Assembly: GCF_036365525.1 (NCBI RefSeq) | Contig: NC_090378.1 | Span: 82,514,357-82,578,356, forward strand | Length of the DNA stretch: 64,000 nucleotides | Direction: 5' to 3' | Source: Heterodontus francisci | Taxonomy: Eukaryota | Position numbers and translations under genes: made by a program | The notes under the pieces: generated by a model | What the model was told of the DNA's origin: nothing | The model's input: the letters and a program-made list of their open reading frames with translations, nothing else | Databases searched by the model: none | Shown here: one piece after another, positions 1 to 10,544 of the stretch | Numbering within the stretch: the first letter of the stretch is position 1 | Layout of the letters: each line of letters begins with the position of its first letter

Positions 1-198
1 CAGATTAAATTTCACCTATTTTGCTTTCTTCTGTACATAAATGAAGTTTTGGAGTATTTTAGTTTGTGTTAAGTTTGACTAGTTCTACTCATTCTCAAGT
101 TGAGAAATCACCTCAGTTGTCCATATCTACAGCAAAATGACATGGGTATGATGTAAATCTTTCCAATATTTCCTTAATTTTGATGCTATTCATTCCAG

Positions 199-398
199 AT
201 GGCTGGGCTTTCAGAAACAATGTGGATATCAAACAACATCAAACATTAAATGATCGTTTCAACGCGGCAAGGCTGTTGCTGAATGAGGAGCCACCCTGTC
301 CAGTGGTAGTGGACACTATGGATAATGCGACTAGTGCCAAATATGCAGCTATGCCAGAGAGACTGTATGTGGTGCATAATGGCAAAATCATTTACAAG
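199..398 (+). CDS. DIO1: Iodothyronine deiodinase type 1, penultimate coding exon
   Basis: ttccag|AT..TACAAG|gtaac; encodes (D)[49 protein letters not shown]. The A(L/M)PERLY motif and multi-exon structure fit DIO1 rather than DIO2/3. The Sec-codon exon is upstream of the window. Confidence 0.95.
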
Positions 399-1538
399 GT
401 AACAGAGTACTTTGATACTCGTGATAATGTCCATTTATTGAATGGTTTCACTACTAGATTTTGAATTGATATTTTCTTTCTCCCCAAGCTTAGGATAATG
501 CATTTGATTTCCAACCCTTGCTTTCCCTGAAGAAGCCAATTCATGCTGGGTTACAATTCCATAGATGTCAGCAGCCCTTTAATAATCCAGTCCAAAGCTG
601 CTGTAATTTGACTACTGTAGAATTGTGCTTCTGGCCTGCTTGTTGTCTTGCTATGCTTTCAGTCTGTTTTCCTCAATCATAATATTCAAAAAAAAAAGAG
701 TAAAAGCAGCAACAGACTCACAACTTTTAACTATTTTTATTATTTACCAAACTCCCATACCCTAAGAAACAAATAACTAGGGGCACAGCCATTCTTTGGA
801 CCTATTGCTTCAATCAAATATTGGTTATTCAGACAAATCCAGGTTAGATTATGATAACCAATGAGAGGAAGATGTACCCAAGGACTGGGATGGTCATGAG
901 CCATGCAGACAAAAGTTGTAGGAATGATTAGAAGATGGGATCGGTAAATTTATAAATATATTTGTGGATTTAATTTTCTGAATTATTGAAGCTTTTAAAT
1001 GTTACATATCTCTCCAAAAATATCATTCCTAGTGTATGTGGAGTTAGGTAGAATTTTGTTTGTGTTTGGAGAGAAAATAGAAATGTGGGGAATATTTTGG
1101 GAATAATGAAAGAAAAGAATAAAGTTGAAAGGAGAAAACATGACATTTAACCAGGGATTAAAAAGAAAATCAGCTCAATAGTCACCACATGGATGACAGA
1201 CTCAGTTCAGAGGTTTTATAAAGCTTTGAATAAAAGCTGGGAGTTTGACCTTCAATCCACATTTAGCAGCATAATCAGCCTAATTAAACTAAAATGTAAA
1301 TGAAACTACTGGCATAGATGACAAAGGAATGCTGGTTCTTAAAGCCTCTCTGAAAAACTAGCTTATACACAATATGTAGCTAAACAATTGTCGTGGTGAG
1401 TGGCATTCCTAAAATTAGCTGTATACACTCAAAATGTTCTATTGGAGCTGACCACAATCACGGAGTATATTGGTAATATGAGCCATAGGTTGTGTTTTTA
1501 CTATTTTTATTTAAGATTTTATCATGAAAGGGAACATT

Positions 1539-2198
1539 GGCTGGAATTTTACACCCCTCAAAAGAGCGGGCTGCTGGCCAGGGTGGGGTAAATGGAGTGG
1601 GAGACTCCAGGAGGGGGGGGGGGGGGGGGGGCATTCCCGACCCGCTCCCGCCTCCTCCACTATTTTATGTGGGGCAGCAGCAAGAAATGGCCAACCTACC
1701 CGTCCTCCGCAACGGGGATTTTACGGTTGGCAGGCAGGCGGGCGGCCTAGGCCTCAGAAAAGCCGCCTGATAAAAGTAGGTGGCCTTCTGGGGGGGCTGC
1801 TCCTGATCGGGCTGCCCCCGATGCTTCTACTGCCCTCAACACCCAACATGCTAGCCACCCTCACAATCGACCTCCCCTTGTCTCACCAGGGCCCGACCGA
1901 TTCCCCACCCCGCCCCGTGAGGCCCCAAAAACTTACCTGTTCTGTGGGGCTCCCTGACATCTTCAGTCTTCAGCTGAGTTGCAGTCCCAGCAGTGGCCGC
2001 TGCTCCCGGTGGCGCTGCTGGGACTAAGAGCTGCCGGCTTGCTGATTGGCCTCAATGAAGTGGAAGTCCTGCCCAAGACCAATTAAGGACCTGTGGACCA
2101 TAAAATCTGGTCTGGATCCCCAGGCCCGGCGGAGACGGGATCACCACCGACTTTTCGGTCCGTGGATGGCTCCCCTCCGACACATGAAAATTCTAGCC
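1539..2198. mobile_element. Non-autonomous DNA transposon / MITE-like element in DIO1 intron
   Basis: GC-rich island in AT-rich intron bounded by inverted termini GGCTGGAATTTT / AAAATTCTAGCC; no transposase ORF. Confidence 0.6.
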
Positions 2199-2460
2199 AT
2201 ATAAGCTTAGAGCCAAAAAACAGGTAGTATTTTATTGTGTTGTATACTGGGGAGTTGTGGATACAGCAGGATAATCACCATCGATACAATGTCATGAATG
2301 AGAAGGTTAGAATAAGGTAGGTATTTGTTCTAGAGGAGGAGAGTACAGTCTCTCAAATTTGTTGTGTCACAGACAAGGCTAGTCAATGAATCATCAATCT
2401 TTGGCAAAGGGATGAAGAAACATCATCCATTTAACTAATAGTTTTCATTTTGTTTTACAG

Positions 2461-2526
2461 GGTGAAAGAGGACCTTGGGGGTATAAACCAGAAGAAGTAC
2501 GATTAGTTTTGCAAAACCCAAGTTAA
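2461..2526 (+). CDS. DIO1: DIO1 terminal coding exon
   Basis: tgttttacag|GGT GAA AGA GGA CCT TGG..TAA = GERGPWGYKPEEVRLVLQNPS*, phase 0 matches previous exon; resembles mammalian GKSGPWNYNPEEVRAVL. Confidence 0.95.
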   Translation, partial: GERGPWGYKPEEVRLVLQNPS

Positions 2527-2607
2527 ACCACTGGTGTAATCTTCAGAGGAAGCTTTCATAGGCACTCATATGAGCACATGAAATACATATAACCAAGTCA
2601 AAGAAGT

Positions 2608-2686
2608 TTTCTTTTCCATATTGATAATGATTTTTTCAGTTTTAAATTAGTAACTGGGATTTGATAATTTGAATATGGAAGAAAAA
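2608..2686 (+). promoter_or_regulatory. Candidate SECIS element (proximal) in DIO1 3' UTR
   Basis: Helix I TTCCATATT(2614-2622)/AATATGGAA(2672-2680), extendable; A-UGAU(2627-2631)/UGAU(2662-2665) quartet; helix II TTTCAGTT/AACTGGGA; AAA at 2644. Spacing (13 nt AUGA-AA, 17 nt AA-GA) is slightly off canonical and helix II is weak. Confidence 0.5.
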
Positions 2687-3899
2687 CAACCTTGTATTTG
2701 GTTAATGCTTATTTTATGTTTTCATACCTATATAAATTGTAATAGGTCACTAAGGTTTAGCCTGTGAAAGCTAGGGCAGTAAATTCCACTTTTGGGTTTG
2801 GGCGGGGGGTGGAGAACAGGGTGCGTGAGAAAAAAATCACGGTACATGAACAATTTACACTCTAAAACATTCAGCACCAACAATACTAAAATAAAACCTG
2901 ACAAAAAAGGCACATTATTCCAAAATGAACAAGATTCATACATTCCTGCAAGTTCCAATGCTAACCTGAAGTACTGTCCTTGTTCTCATTTTTCTGGACA
3001 GATCAATAGTTAAAGTGGGCTGAAATATTCTGGCCTTTGCATAACACAAAATACAATTTGTAACCCCTTGTTGCATTCTCCCTAGTTGGGCTAAGCAAAA
3101 TTATTTAGTTTTTTTTTTAATGCTTATAGAAAACATATGGTTCCATCCTTATGGAATTATTTCACAAACTAACGAGTGAGTCAAAAGATTTGAAAATGGA
3201 GAAATTAAACCCTGATTCTGTGTTCTTGCATTGTTTACAGAATCATGTATTATATCCATAAAAGGATGTGGATATCATATTCCACATTCAGGAAAATTGT
3301 TATACTCCAAGAATCAGTTAATCTCTTTTAATGTTACACCGATAGTGTGAAGTTGTGATTTAGTGTGATCTCTGTAAAGTATTCCTTCAATGTATCATAT
3401 AGCAGTAGTTATACTTAATCAATTTGAGAACTCTGAAGTTTAATCTATATACAGTGAGATTCCTTAATTCATTCAGTTGTTTAAAAATCATTTTTTATGT
3501 AGATGCAGTATTTGATTTTTCAGTCTGCTATTTGAACTATTTTAAATGAATATCTTCATTGAAGCAGTAATGAATCACATGAAACAGAACAGAAATTAGG
3601 CAAAGTGCTGAAAAAGGCTTTTGAACCATATAAAGTACAAAAGTAAAGAAAGCCTCCAAGAAAGCAAAGCATATGAGAGAATCAATTTAAATAAGTAATG
3701 AAAACAGCTTCAGAAAATCAGTGAATTTGACAAATCCTTTGGAATTCAAAAAGCACAATCACAGTTGAAGTTAATACTATCTGGAAAAATAATTGAATGA
3801 TTCTACTTACTTATTTGAATTGATGCAACTTTTTGTTGTCTGATGAGATACAATTGGCGGAATTTAAATTCAATTAATTAGCAAGTTTAACTAATTACA

Positions 3900-4170
3900 A
3901 AATCTGCAATTGAAAGCTAGTCTCAGTAATAGTGCCATGAAATTATCATCAATTTTTGTAAAAACCCATCTAGTTCACTACTCCTTTAGGGAAGGAAATC
4001 TGCTGTCCTTACCTGGTCTGGCCTACATGTGACTCCAGACCCACAGCAATGTGGTTGATTCTTAATTGCCCTCAAATGGCCTAGCAAGCTACTCGGTTGT
4101 CAAGGGCAATTGGGGATGGGCAACAAATGCTGGCCTTGCCAGCAATGCCCACATCCCATGAAAGAATAAA
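3900..4170 (+). mobile_element. SINE 3' portion with CR1-like tail, downstream of DIO1 stop
   Basis: Same family at ~37085-37375, ~63415-63620 and ~63760-64000(-); 3' tail (gggcaattggggatgggcaacaaatgctggcc..cccacatcccatgaaagaataaa) matches the 3' end of the LINE at 27050. Confidence 0.75.
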
Positions 4171-4680
4171 ACAATTCCCAACTAAATTGCTGAAATGCCA
4201 CTACTGTCTGAAAAGGATATTAAAAGGCTTCTAATGTGACCAGGAATTAAACCAGATGAACAAATTAGGAAAGGCAGCTATATTTATCAACATGCCACAG
4301 TTCAGACGGGCTGAGTAATCACCCCCTTAAATTTTCCTTTAGCCACTGAAGTAAAAACTCATATGAAAGTATTGACAGTCTTGCCCTGCAGAAGTGTTGG
4401 CTGCTTTGACTAGCATCAATACTTGTGGAGTAGCCACTGTCTCCAATATCCAACCCTCACTACTGGAAAAGACAGACAGGTATTTGTTAGAGTTTCACAA
4501 TTTTTTTTTTGAAATCCTGAACAGTAAAGTAATGACTCTAGTCAGATCCTGCTTTTCAAATTTGCAACATTAAGAACTGAAAATCGTGTAAGATTTAAAA
4601 GTCGTCATTTTATTCTTTATTTGTCAAGACCTATAATTCAGAGATATAGAATAAGTTCAGTCACTGCAAGTATAATGAAT

Positions 4681-4752
4681 TAGCTATATTGTTTATGAAA
4701 TTTACAGATAAAACCAGAGACAGCTGTGGCATGGTGGTCTGAAATATAGTTA
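4681..4752 (+). promoter_or_regulatory. SECIS-like element (distal), DIO1-type sequence but non-canonical 3' core (UGGU)
   Basis: Helix I TAGCTATATT/AATATAGTTA; GTTTATGA (ATGA 4695-4698), 11 nt, AAAA (4710-4713), ACAGCTGTG, then TGGT (4732-4735) where TGAN is expected. Confidence 0.6.
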
Positions 4753-5063
4753 AGAGCATGTAAATCAGTGGGATGAAGTTTTATATTCCCTATTAAATAA
4801 TTACTATTCAATAACTGTTTTGGATATTTCCATTGTATTCAGTTGAAAAGACTATTTACCCTAAAGGGAACAGAACCTTTTTACTACATTTTATCCCCCA
4901 AATTGTTTTAAATATAAAAACCTATCCAATCTGTGTTGAAAGCTGTAAGCAAAATTGGAATGAATGTTTACAATTCAAAACATTGTGATGCACCATTCAG
5001 ATTTTGATCAAAAATACTTTTGAGTTCCCAATGAAGACTGCGACAGTGTTGCAAAACAAAGAA

Positions 5064-5069
5064 TTTATT
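5064..5069 (-). terminator. Likely polyadenylation signal of IFT25
   Basis: AATAAA on minus strand ~140 nt after the stop codon. Confidence 0.55.
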
Positions 5070-5206
5070 CACAAGAATAACAATTCAATACTTAATGATG
5101 CTTTGTAACATATGGTGCAAAAATATTTACACCAGTAACATTGTACATACAGCCTCAATGTTTCACATTTTCAAGTCTGGTTTTGTAACACTTGTGCTGT
5201 ATAGAC

Positions 5207-5311
5207 TCAATCTGCCTCTGTACCTTCCACTGTCACCTTATGTACTGACACAAAGTGGTCGAAACCAGATTTGATGACAAATCGTAAATGTGTTGCGCTG
5301 GCTCCATCTTG
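5207..5311 (-). CDS. IFT25: IFT25/HSPB11 exon 5 (terminal)
   Basis: tatacag|CAA GAT..GAT TGA = QDGASATHLRFVIKSGFDHFVSVHKVTVEGTEAD*. Confidence 0.93.
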   Translation of the reverse strand, partial: QDGASATHLRFVIKSGFDHFVSVHKVTVEGTEAD

Positions 5312-5371
5312 CTGTATAGAGAACATACTTTGTAATTCACATTCTATTTTGCTTATTAAAAATTACTGCTC

Positions 5372-5720
5372 TCCCAGTAGCTTAGTTGGCAGAGGTGCTG
5401 CCCAGTGCATTATTGAGCCCCACAGGCCAGAAGATTCCAGTTTGATCCCTGTTTTGTGCTCAGTTAGCTAATTACAACCAGTGTAACAGAGGGACAGTAC
5501 AATTGGCTTTGGTGTTTGTTAGGAAAAAGCTGCCAGAGTTCCTGCTCCTGTCCAGTGAATGCTACTAGAAAATACATGCATAGGATAAGAACAGAACAGG
5601 TCTCAGCTTGGACACTGGTCAATTCTGATGTATGAAGAATGTCTACTCAGGTTATACTGGAGGCTGCTCTCACCCAGAAAGATTCCGTCTTTGTGGAGAG
5701 ATGGGGAAAAGTCAAACTCA
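5372..5720 (+). mobile_element. Old tRNA-headed SINE-like repeat (family unassigned)
   Basis: Diverged relatives at ~29405-29510, ~35740-35975(-), ~47360-47530/50511-50560, ~56930-57080(-), ~57340-57620. Confidence 0.5.
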
Positions 5721-6145
5721 AGGTGTGGAATTAATGAAATGGCAGCATTTCTATCACATATAATTTACAAGTCACAACACTATTTTTGCATAAGTAAAAT
5801 CATATCTCAACATTGAAGATGTATATCCTTGTTTTATTTTACTCTCTAACTTAGCTGTAGTGCACCTTGCACTCCCAAAATACTGAATATTACTTTGAAC
5901 TAGCTGTTCAAAGTTAGTAATGTGTACGTGCTACAACATTCCTTGAACTGTCTCCACTTTCCACTGCAGGAAGGTGCTGGCCCTTCACTCAGAACTTGCC
6001 TCAACAGCACTGTAGAGCTCAAGAACTTCAGCAGTATCTGGGAAATCAAACAACAATGGCACTGCTCTCTGGTGAGCTTCCTGCCTATAATCATTTCATA
6101 CAGAGTAAAATATTACCCAAGTTTTTGTGAAAGATATGTACTTAC

Positions 6146-6189
6146 TGTAAATTCTTCTATTTGAAGCTGTTCCTCAGAGCGCTCAAATT
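6146..6189 (-). CDS. IFT25: IFT25/HSPB11 exon 4
   Basis: ctaccag|AA..ACA|gtaagt; (E)FERSEEQLQIEEFT, 44 nt, phases consistent. Confidence 0.9.
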
Positions 6190-6301
6190 CTGGTAGAAAA
6201 GAGAACCACAAGATGAAAACTACCAGATAAATGGGAATAGAGTAGTTGTTTTCCACAGTATCCCTGGTGATTTCATTAAAATATTTATTAAATACACTTA
6301 C

Positions 6302-6370
6302 CACCGTTAGTTAAAGGTTCGAAATCTACAGGATCTCTTGCAACACTTTTCTCAATACTAAGGTTGCGCA
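6302..6370 (-). CDS. IFT25: IFT25/HSPB11 exon 3
   Basis: tttacag|TG..G|gtaagt; (V)RNLSIEKSVARDPVDFEPLTNG, 69 nt. Confidence 0.92.
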
Positions 6371-6528
6371 CTGTAAAAGTGAATCAAGTAGAAACTTAAG
6401 ACTTTTAGAAGATTTGTAATTATTTTAAGTACTTGGTGTCTTGCTGTATTCCAATCAACATTAGCAAGGTAAATATTTACATGTTTACTAATTTGCATTT
6501 ACACTGAAATATATCTAGTAATGCCACC

Positions 6529-6572
6529 CACTCAAAACTGAATATTCACTCAAAACTGAATATTCACTCAAA
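6529..6572 (+). repeat. 18-bp tandem duplication (x2.4)
   Basis: CACTCAAAACTGAATATT repeated. Confidence 0.85.
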
Positions 6573-6732
6573 TGGATGAAGCTGAGGAAAAGTTCATGAG
6601 TAATTAAGGACTTTTTGTTCACTGCATTTCATTCTTTTATACATGTACAGAACTAGGCAAAATAGCCCTTTCATCATAGTAAATCCTTATTCTATTCAAA
6701 TACTGTGATTTAATAAACAGCAAAAATCTTAC

Positions 6733-6839
6733 CATTATAACAATGAATTTTCATCGAGCTAATTTTTATAAGATTAGCAAAACTTAGGATAAATTCTTGT
6801 GGGAACATTCCTGTTGTGATCCAAAATGTTTCTGTATTA
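6733..6839 (-). CDS. IFT25: IFT25/HSPB11 exon 2
   Basis: ttacag|T..G|gtaag; NTETFWITTGMFPQEFILSFANLIKISSMKIHCYN, hallmark FWxTTGMFPQEF. Confidence 0.95.
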
Positions 6840-7315
6840 CTGTAAGCAAAAGTATAAGAAATCTTAAGATAGTTCAGAGAGTTGGCATTTTTGTTCAATT
6901 TTCATCCCTCTTTTCTGATCAATATTGGATTAGTTTCACAGATAGCAGCCACACTTTGGTCCTTGTCGAAGTGGGCATTTTCCATGTCTGAGCCTGGACA
7001 AAAATGACTTGCATTTATATAGCACCTTGAATGTAGTAAAACATTAGTTAGTTAGGAATGGAAAAGGAATTCAAAGTTTCTGCTCCAACTTCTGGTAGCG
7101 ATATGGGAAATTTGAAGTTCTCACTGATTTCAATTATTGCTAGCTCTGGGTGGGGGCCACAACACAGCCTGTGGCAAAGCCCTGAGTGACAGATCGCAAC
7201 TTCTGGATTGCGCTACATCCTAAAGTTGTGGTTAGTTTCAGAGGGGTAAAGACAGGGAACACTAACAGTTTGTTGTCAAACCGCACCCCCCACCCTCAAC
7301 CCTTGCATAATCTGA

Positions 7316-9880
7316 GCAATTATTTCCAAATACCTCCATGGCCTCGTCCCACCCTGTCTCTGTAATCTCCTCCAGCTCCACAATCCTCCAACACTTCTGA
7401 ATTCATCTAATTCCGGTCTTTTGAGCACCCCCAATTTTAATCACTCCACCATTGTGCCTTTTATTGCCTAGGATCTAAACTCCGGAATTCCCTCCTTTAA
7501 GATGCTCCTTAAAATCTACCTGTTTGAAAGCCTTTAGTCACCTGCCTGACTAACTATGTAGCCTGGAGTCAAATGTTGAGAACATAAGAAATAGGAGGAA
7601 GAGTAGGTCATTTGGCCCCTCAAGCCAGCTCCACCATTCAATAAGAACATGGCTGATCTGATTGTGATCTTAACTTTCCTGCCTGCTCCCCATAACCCTT
7701 TACTCCCTTGCTGATCTGAATATGGCCTCAACTCCATGCTCCTTTCTGCCCCCGATAACACTTGTCTATCAAGAATCTATGTAACTCAGCCTTGAATATA
7801 TTAAATGACCCAGCCTCCGCTGCTCTCGGGGGTAGAGAATTTCAAAGATTAACAACCCTGAGAAGAAATTCCTCCTCATCTTCATTTTAAATGGGAGGCC
7901 GCCTACCTCCCATTGAAACTGTGCCTCCTAGTTCTCAGCATCTACCCTGTCAAGCCCCTCAGAATTTTATATGTTACAATAACACCTTTCATTCTTCTAA
8001 ACTCCAAGTATAGGCCCAACCATTCCTCATAAGGCAACCCCTTCATCCCAGAAGTGAACCTCTGAACTGTCTCCAATGCAAGTATATGCCTCCTTAAATA
8101 AGGAGACCAAAACTGTATGCAGTACTCTAGGTGCACTCCTACCAGTGTCCTGTACGGTTGTAGCAAGACTTCCCTGCTTTTATACTCCATCCCCCTTTGC
8201 AATAAAGGCCAACATTCCATTTGCCTTCCTAATTACTTGCTGTACCTGCACGCTAACCTTTTCTGATTCATGTACAAGGACCCCAGATCCCTCTGTCCTG
8301 CAGCATTCTGCAGTCTCTCAATTTAAATAACATTCTGCTTTTCTATTCTTCCCACCAAAGTTGACAACCTCATATTTTCTCACATTATGCTCCATCTGCC
8401 ACATTTTTGCCCACTCACTTTACCTATCTATATCTCTTTGCAGACTCTTTGTGTCCTCCTCACAACTTGCTTCCCTACTTACCTTTGTATCAGCAAATTT
8501 GGCAACAATACACTCAGTCCCGTCATCCAAGTCATTAATATAGGTTGTAAATATCTGAGGCCCCAGTACTGATCCCTGTGGCACTCCACTAGTTAAGGGT
8601 TTTCGGCCTGAAAATGCCCCATTTATTCCAACTCTTTGTTTCCTGTAAGTTAGCTAATCCTCTATCCGTGCTAATATATTACCCCAACACCATGAGCTAT
8701 CGTCTTGTGCAGTAACCTTTTACGTGGCACCTTATCCCAGAGTTGTTACAGTGCAGAAGGTGGCCATGTTCATGCCAGCTCTCCGAAAGAGCAATTCACT
8801 TAGCGCCATTATCCTGCCTTCTCCCTGTAACCCTGCACATTCTTCCTTCTCATGTAACAGTCTAATTCCCTTTTGAATGCTTCAATTGAAGCCGCCTCCA
8901 CCACACTCTCGGGCACTACATTCCAGACCTTAACCGCAGTGGTTAGCACCGCAGCCTCACAGCTCCAGCGACCTGGGTTCAATTCTGGGTACTGCCTGTG
9001 TGGAGTCTGCAAGTTCTCCCTGTGTCTGTGTGGGTTTTCTCCGGGTGCTCCGGTTTCCTCCCACAAGCCAAAAGACTTGCAGGTTGTTAAGTAAATTGGC
9101 CATTATAAATTGCCCCTAGTATAGGTAGGTGATGGGAAATATAGGGACAGGTGGGGATGTGGTAGGAATATGGGATTAGTGTAGGATTAGTATAAAATGG
9201 GTGGTTGATGGTCGGCACAGACTCGGTGGGCCGAAGGGCCTGTTTCAGTGCTGTATCTCTAAACTAAACTAATCACTGCGTGAAAAAGTTTATCATGTCA
9301 CTTTTGCTTCTCTTGCCAATTACTTTAAATCTGTGTCCTCTCGTTCTTGATCCTTTCACAAGTGGGAACAGTTTCTCCCTATCTGCTCTGTCCAGACCCT
9401 TCATGATTTTGAATACCTCTATCAAAACCCCTCTCTGCCTTCTCTTCAAGGAAAACAGTCCTAACTTCTCCAATCAATCTTCATAACTTAAGTATCAAAT
9501 GCCTTTTGGAAATCCAAATACCCCACTGGTATCCCTTTATCCAGCCTGTTTGTTACATCCTCAAAGAACTCTAATAAATTTGTCAAATACAATTTTCCTT
9601 TCATAAAACTATGTTGACTCTGTCTGATTGCATTAAGATTTTCTCAATGTCCTGCTATGACTTCCTTAATAATGGATTCCAGCATTTTCCCAGTGACATT
9701 TGTTAGGCTAATTGGTGTAACGTTTCCTGTCTCTGTCTCCGTCCTTTCTTGAATAGAGGTGTTACATTTGTTTTTTTTCCAATCCGATGAGAACTTTCCA
9801 GAATCTTGTTTTATAATGCTCCTGGGAAGCGCCTGGGGACTTTTACAATGTTAAAGCGCTATTTACATGCAAGTTGTTAT
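7316..9880. mobile_element. Nested LINE cluster: L2-like 3' end (+) interrupted by CR1 (-, ~7581-9805), itself interrupted by a second CR1 3' end (~8738-9490)
   Basis: CR1 RT C-terminal peptides (LEYCIQFWSPYL; KLGLFSL..RGVLIEVFKIMKG..RTRGH); host sequences resume across each junction. Confidence 0.8.
8936..9272 (+). mobile_element. HE1-type V-SINE
   Basis: tRNA-like A/B boxes (gcagtggttagc..gggttcaattc), V-domain (ccgggtgctccggtttcctcccac), CR1-like tail, (TAAAC)n end. Confidence 0.88.
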
Positions 9881-10049
9881 CTGGAGGTTGTTTGACAGGC
9901 CACAGGCTAAGGTGAGGGAAGCCATCACCCGGTTCATAAGACTGACACCCTGGATACAGCCTGCGCCCCAGACCCGGGGCGACTGCTCTTGCCGGACACC
10001 CAGCCTGCAGGTAACCGCACCGGCGACAGAGACAGGCCCGGCTCCTCAC

Positions 10050-10144
10050 CCGTCAATGATATTCTCCGGCGGATGTTTCTCATCCACAGACGCCGCCAAC
10101 ACAACCTGTGTTCCCGCAACCGTCAATCCAAAATCCCGCTTCAT
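10050..10144 (-). CDS. IFT25: IFT25/HSPB11 exon 1 (start codon)
   Basis: gccgacATG..GAC GG|gtgagg; MKRDFGLTVAGTQVVLAASVDEKHPPENIIDG; joined CDS is 420 nt = 139 aa + stop. Confidence 0.95.
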
Positions 10145-10357
10145 GTCGGCCTCTTCGTTACCACAACAAGAAGTCTTTTCCAGTCCTCCAATAACCCTTC
10201 CCCTGTGTCCGATTTACACTTCCGGTCCTTTCCATAACCTTCCCCCGTGTGTCCGGTTTATGGTTCCGGTTTCATGAACTGCCGGAGGCAGGAGCGTTGG
10301 TAATTCATGAGGAATCCTTGTGGCTTTCCGGCCGGTGGTAGTTGGCAGCTGGTGAAG
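10145..10357. promoter_or_regulatory. Bidirectional CpG-rich promoter of IFT25 and LRRC42, including probable non-coding LRRC42 exon 1
   Basis: CpG-rich; ETS/GABP site ACTTCCGG (10218-10225) plus TTCCGG at 10264 and 10326; X-box-like GTTACCACAACAAG (10157-10170); strong + strand donor AAG|gtaagt at 10357/10358. Confidence 0.7.
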
Positions 10358-10544
10358 GTAAGTGTTGAACTTAGGTTGGCGACTGTGGAGAGATTAAAGA
10401 GGAGAGAATGGACTCTCATTCAGCTACGCCCCCTCCCAGCCCTGGGGCCTCCTTATAAAGATGTGATACGGAGCCACTAGTGAGAGCTGGTCGAGTCTAC
10501 TGTGGAGGAGTCTTAACTCTGTATTTATCCAGTGCATTGCTCAG

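Noticed and set aside
1524-2027. 167-aa ORF
   Set aside because: Lies inside a GC-rich MITE-like repeat in a DIO1 intron; no recognisable domain
3547-3584. Third SECIS-like pattern (ATGA-N12-AA..TGAA)
   Set aside because: Only 6 bp of helix II and no convincing helix I
9867-10277. 136-aa + strand ORF
   Set aside because: Antisense shadow of IFT25 exon 1 and its CpG-rich promoter
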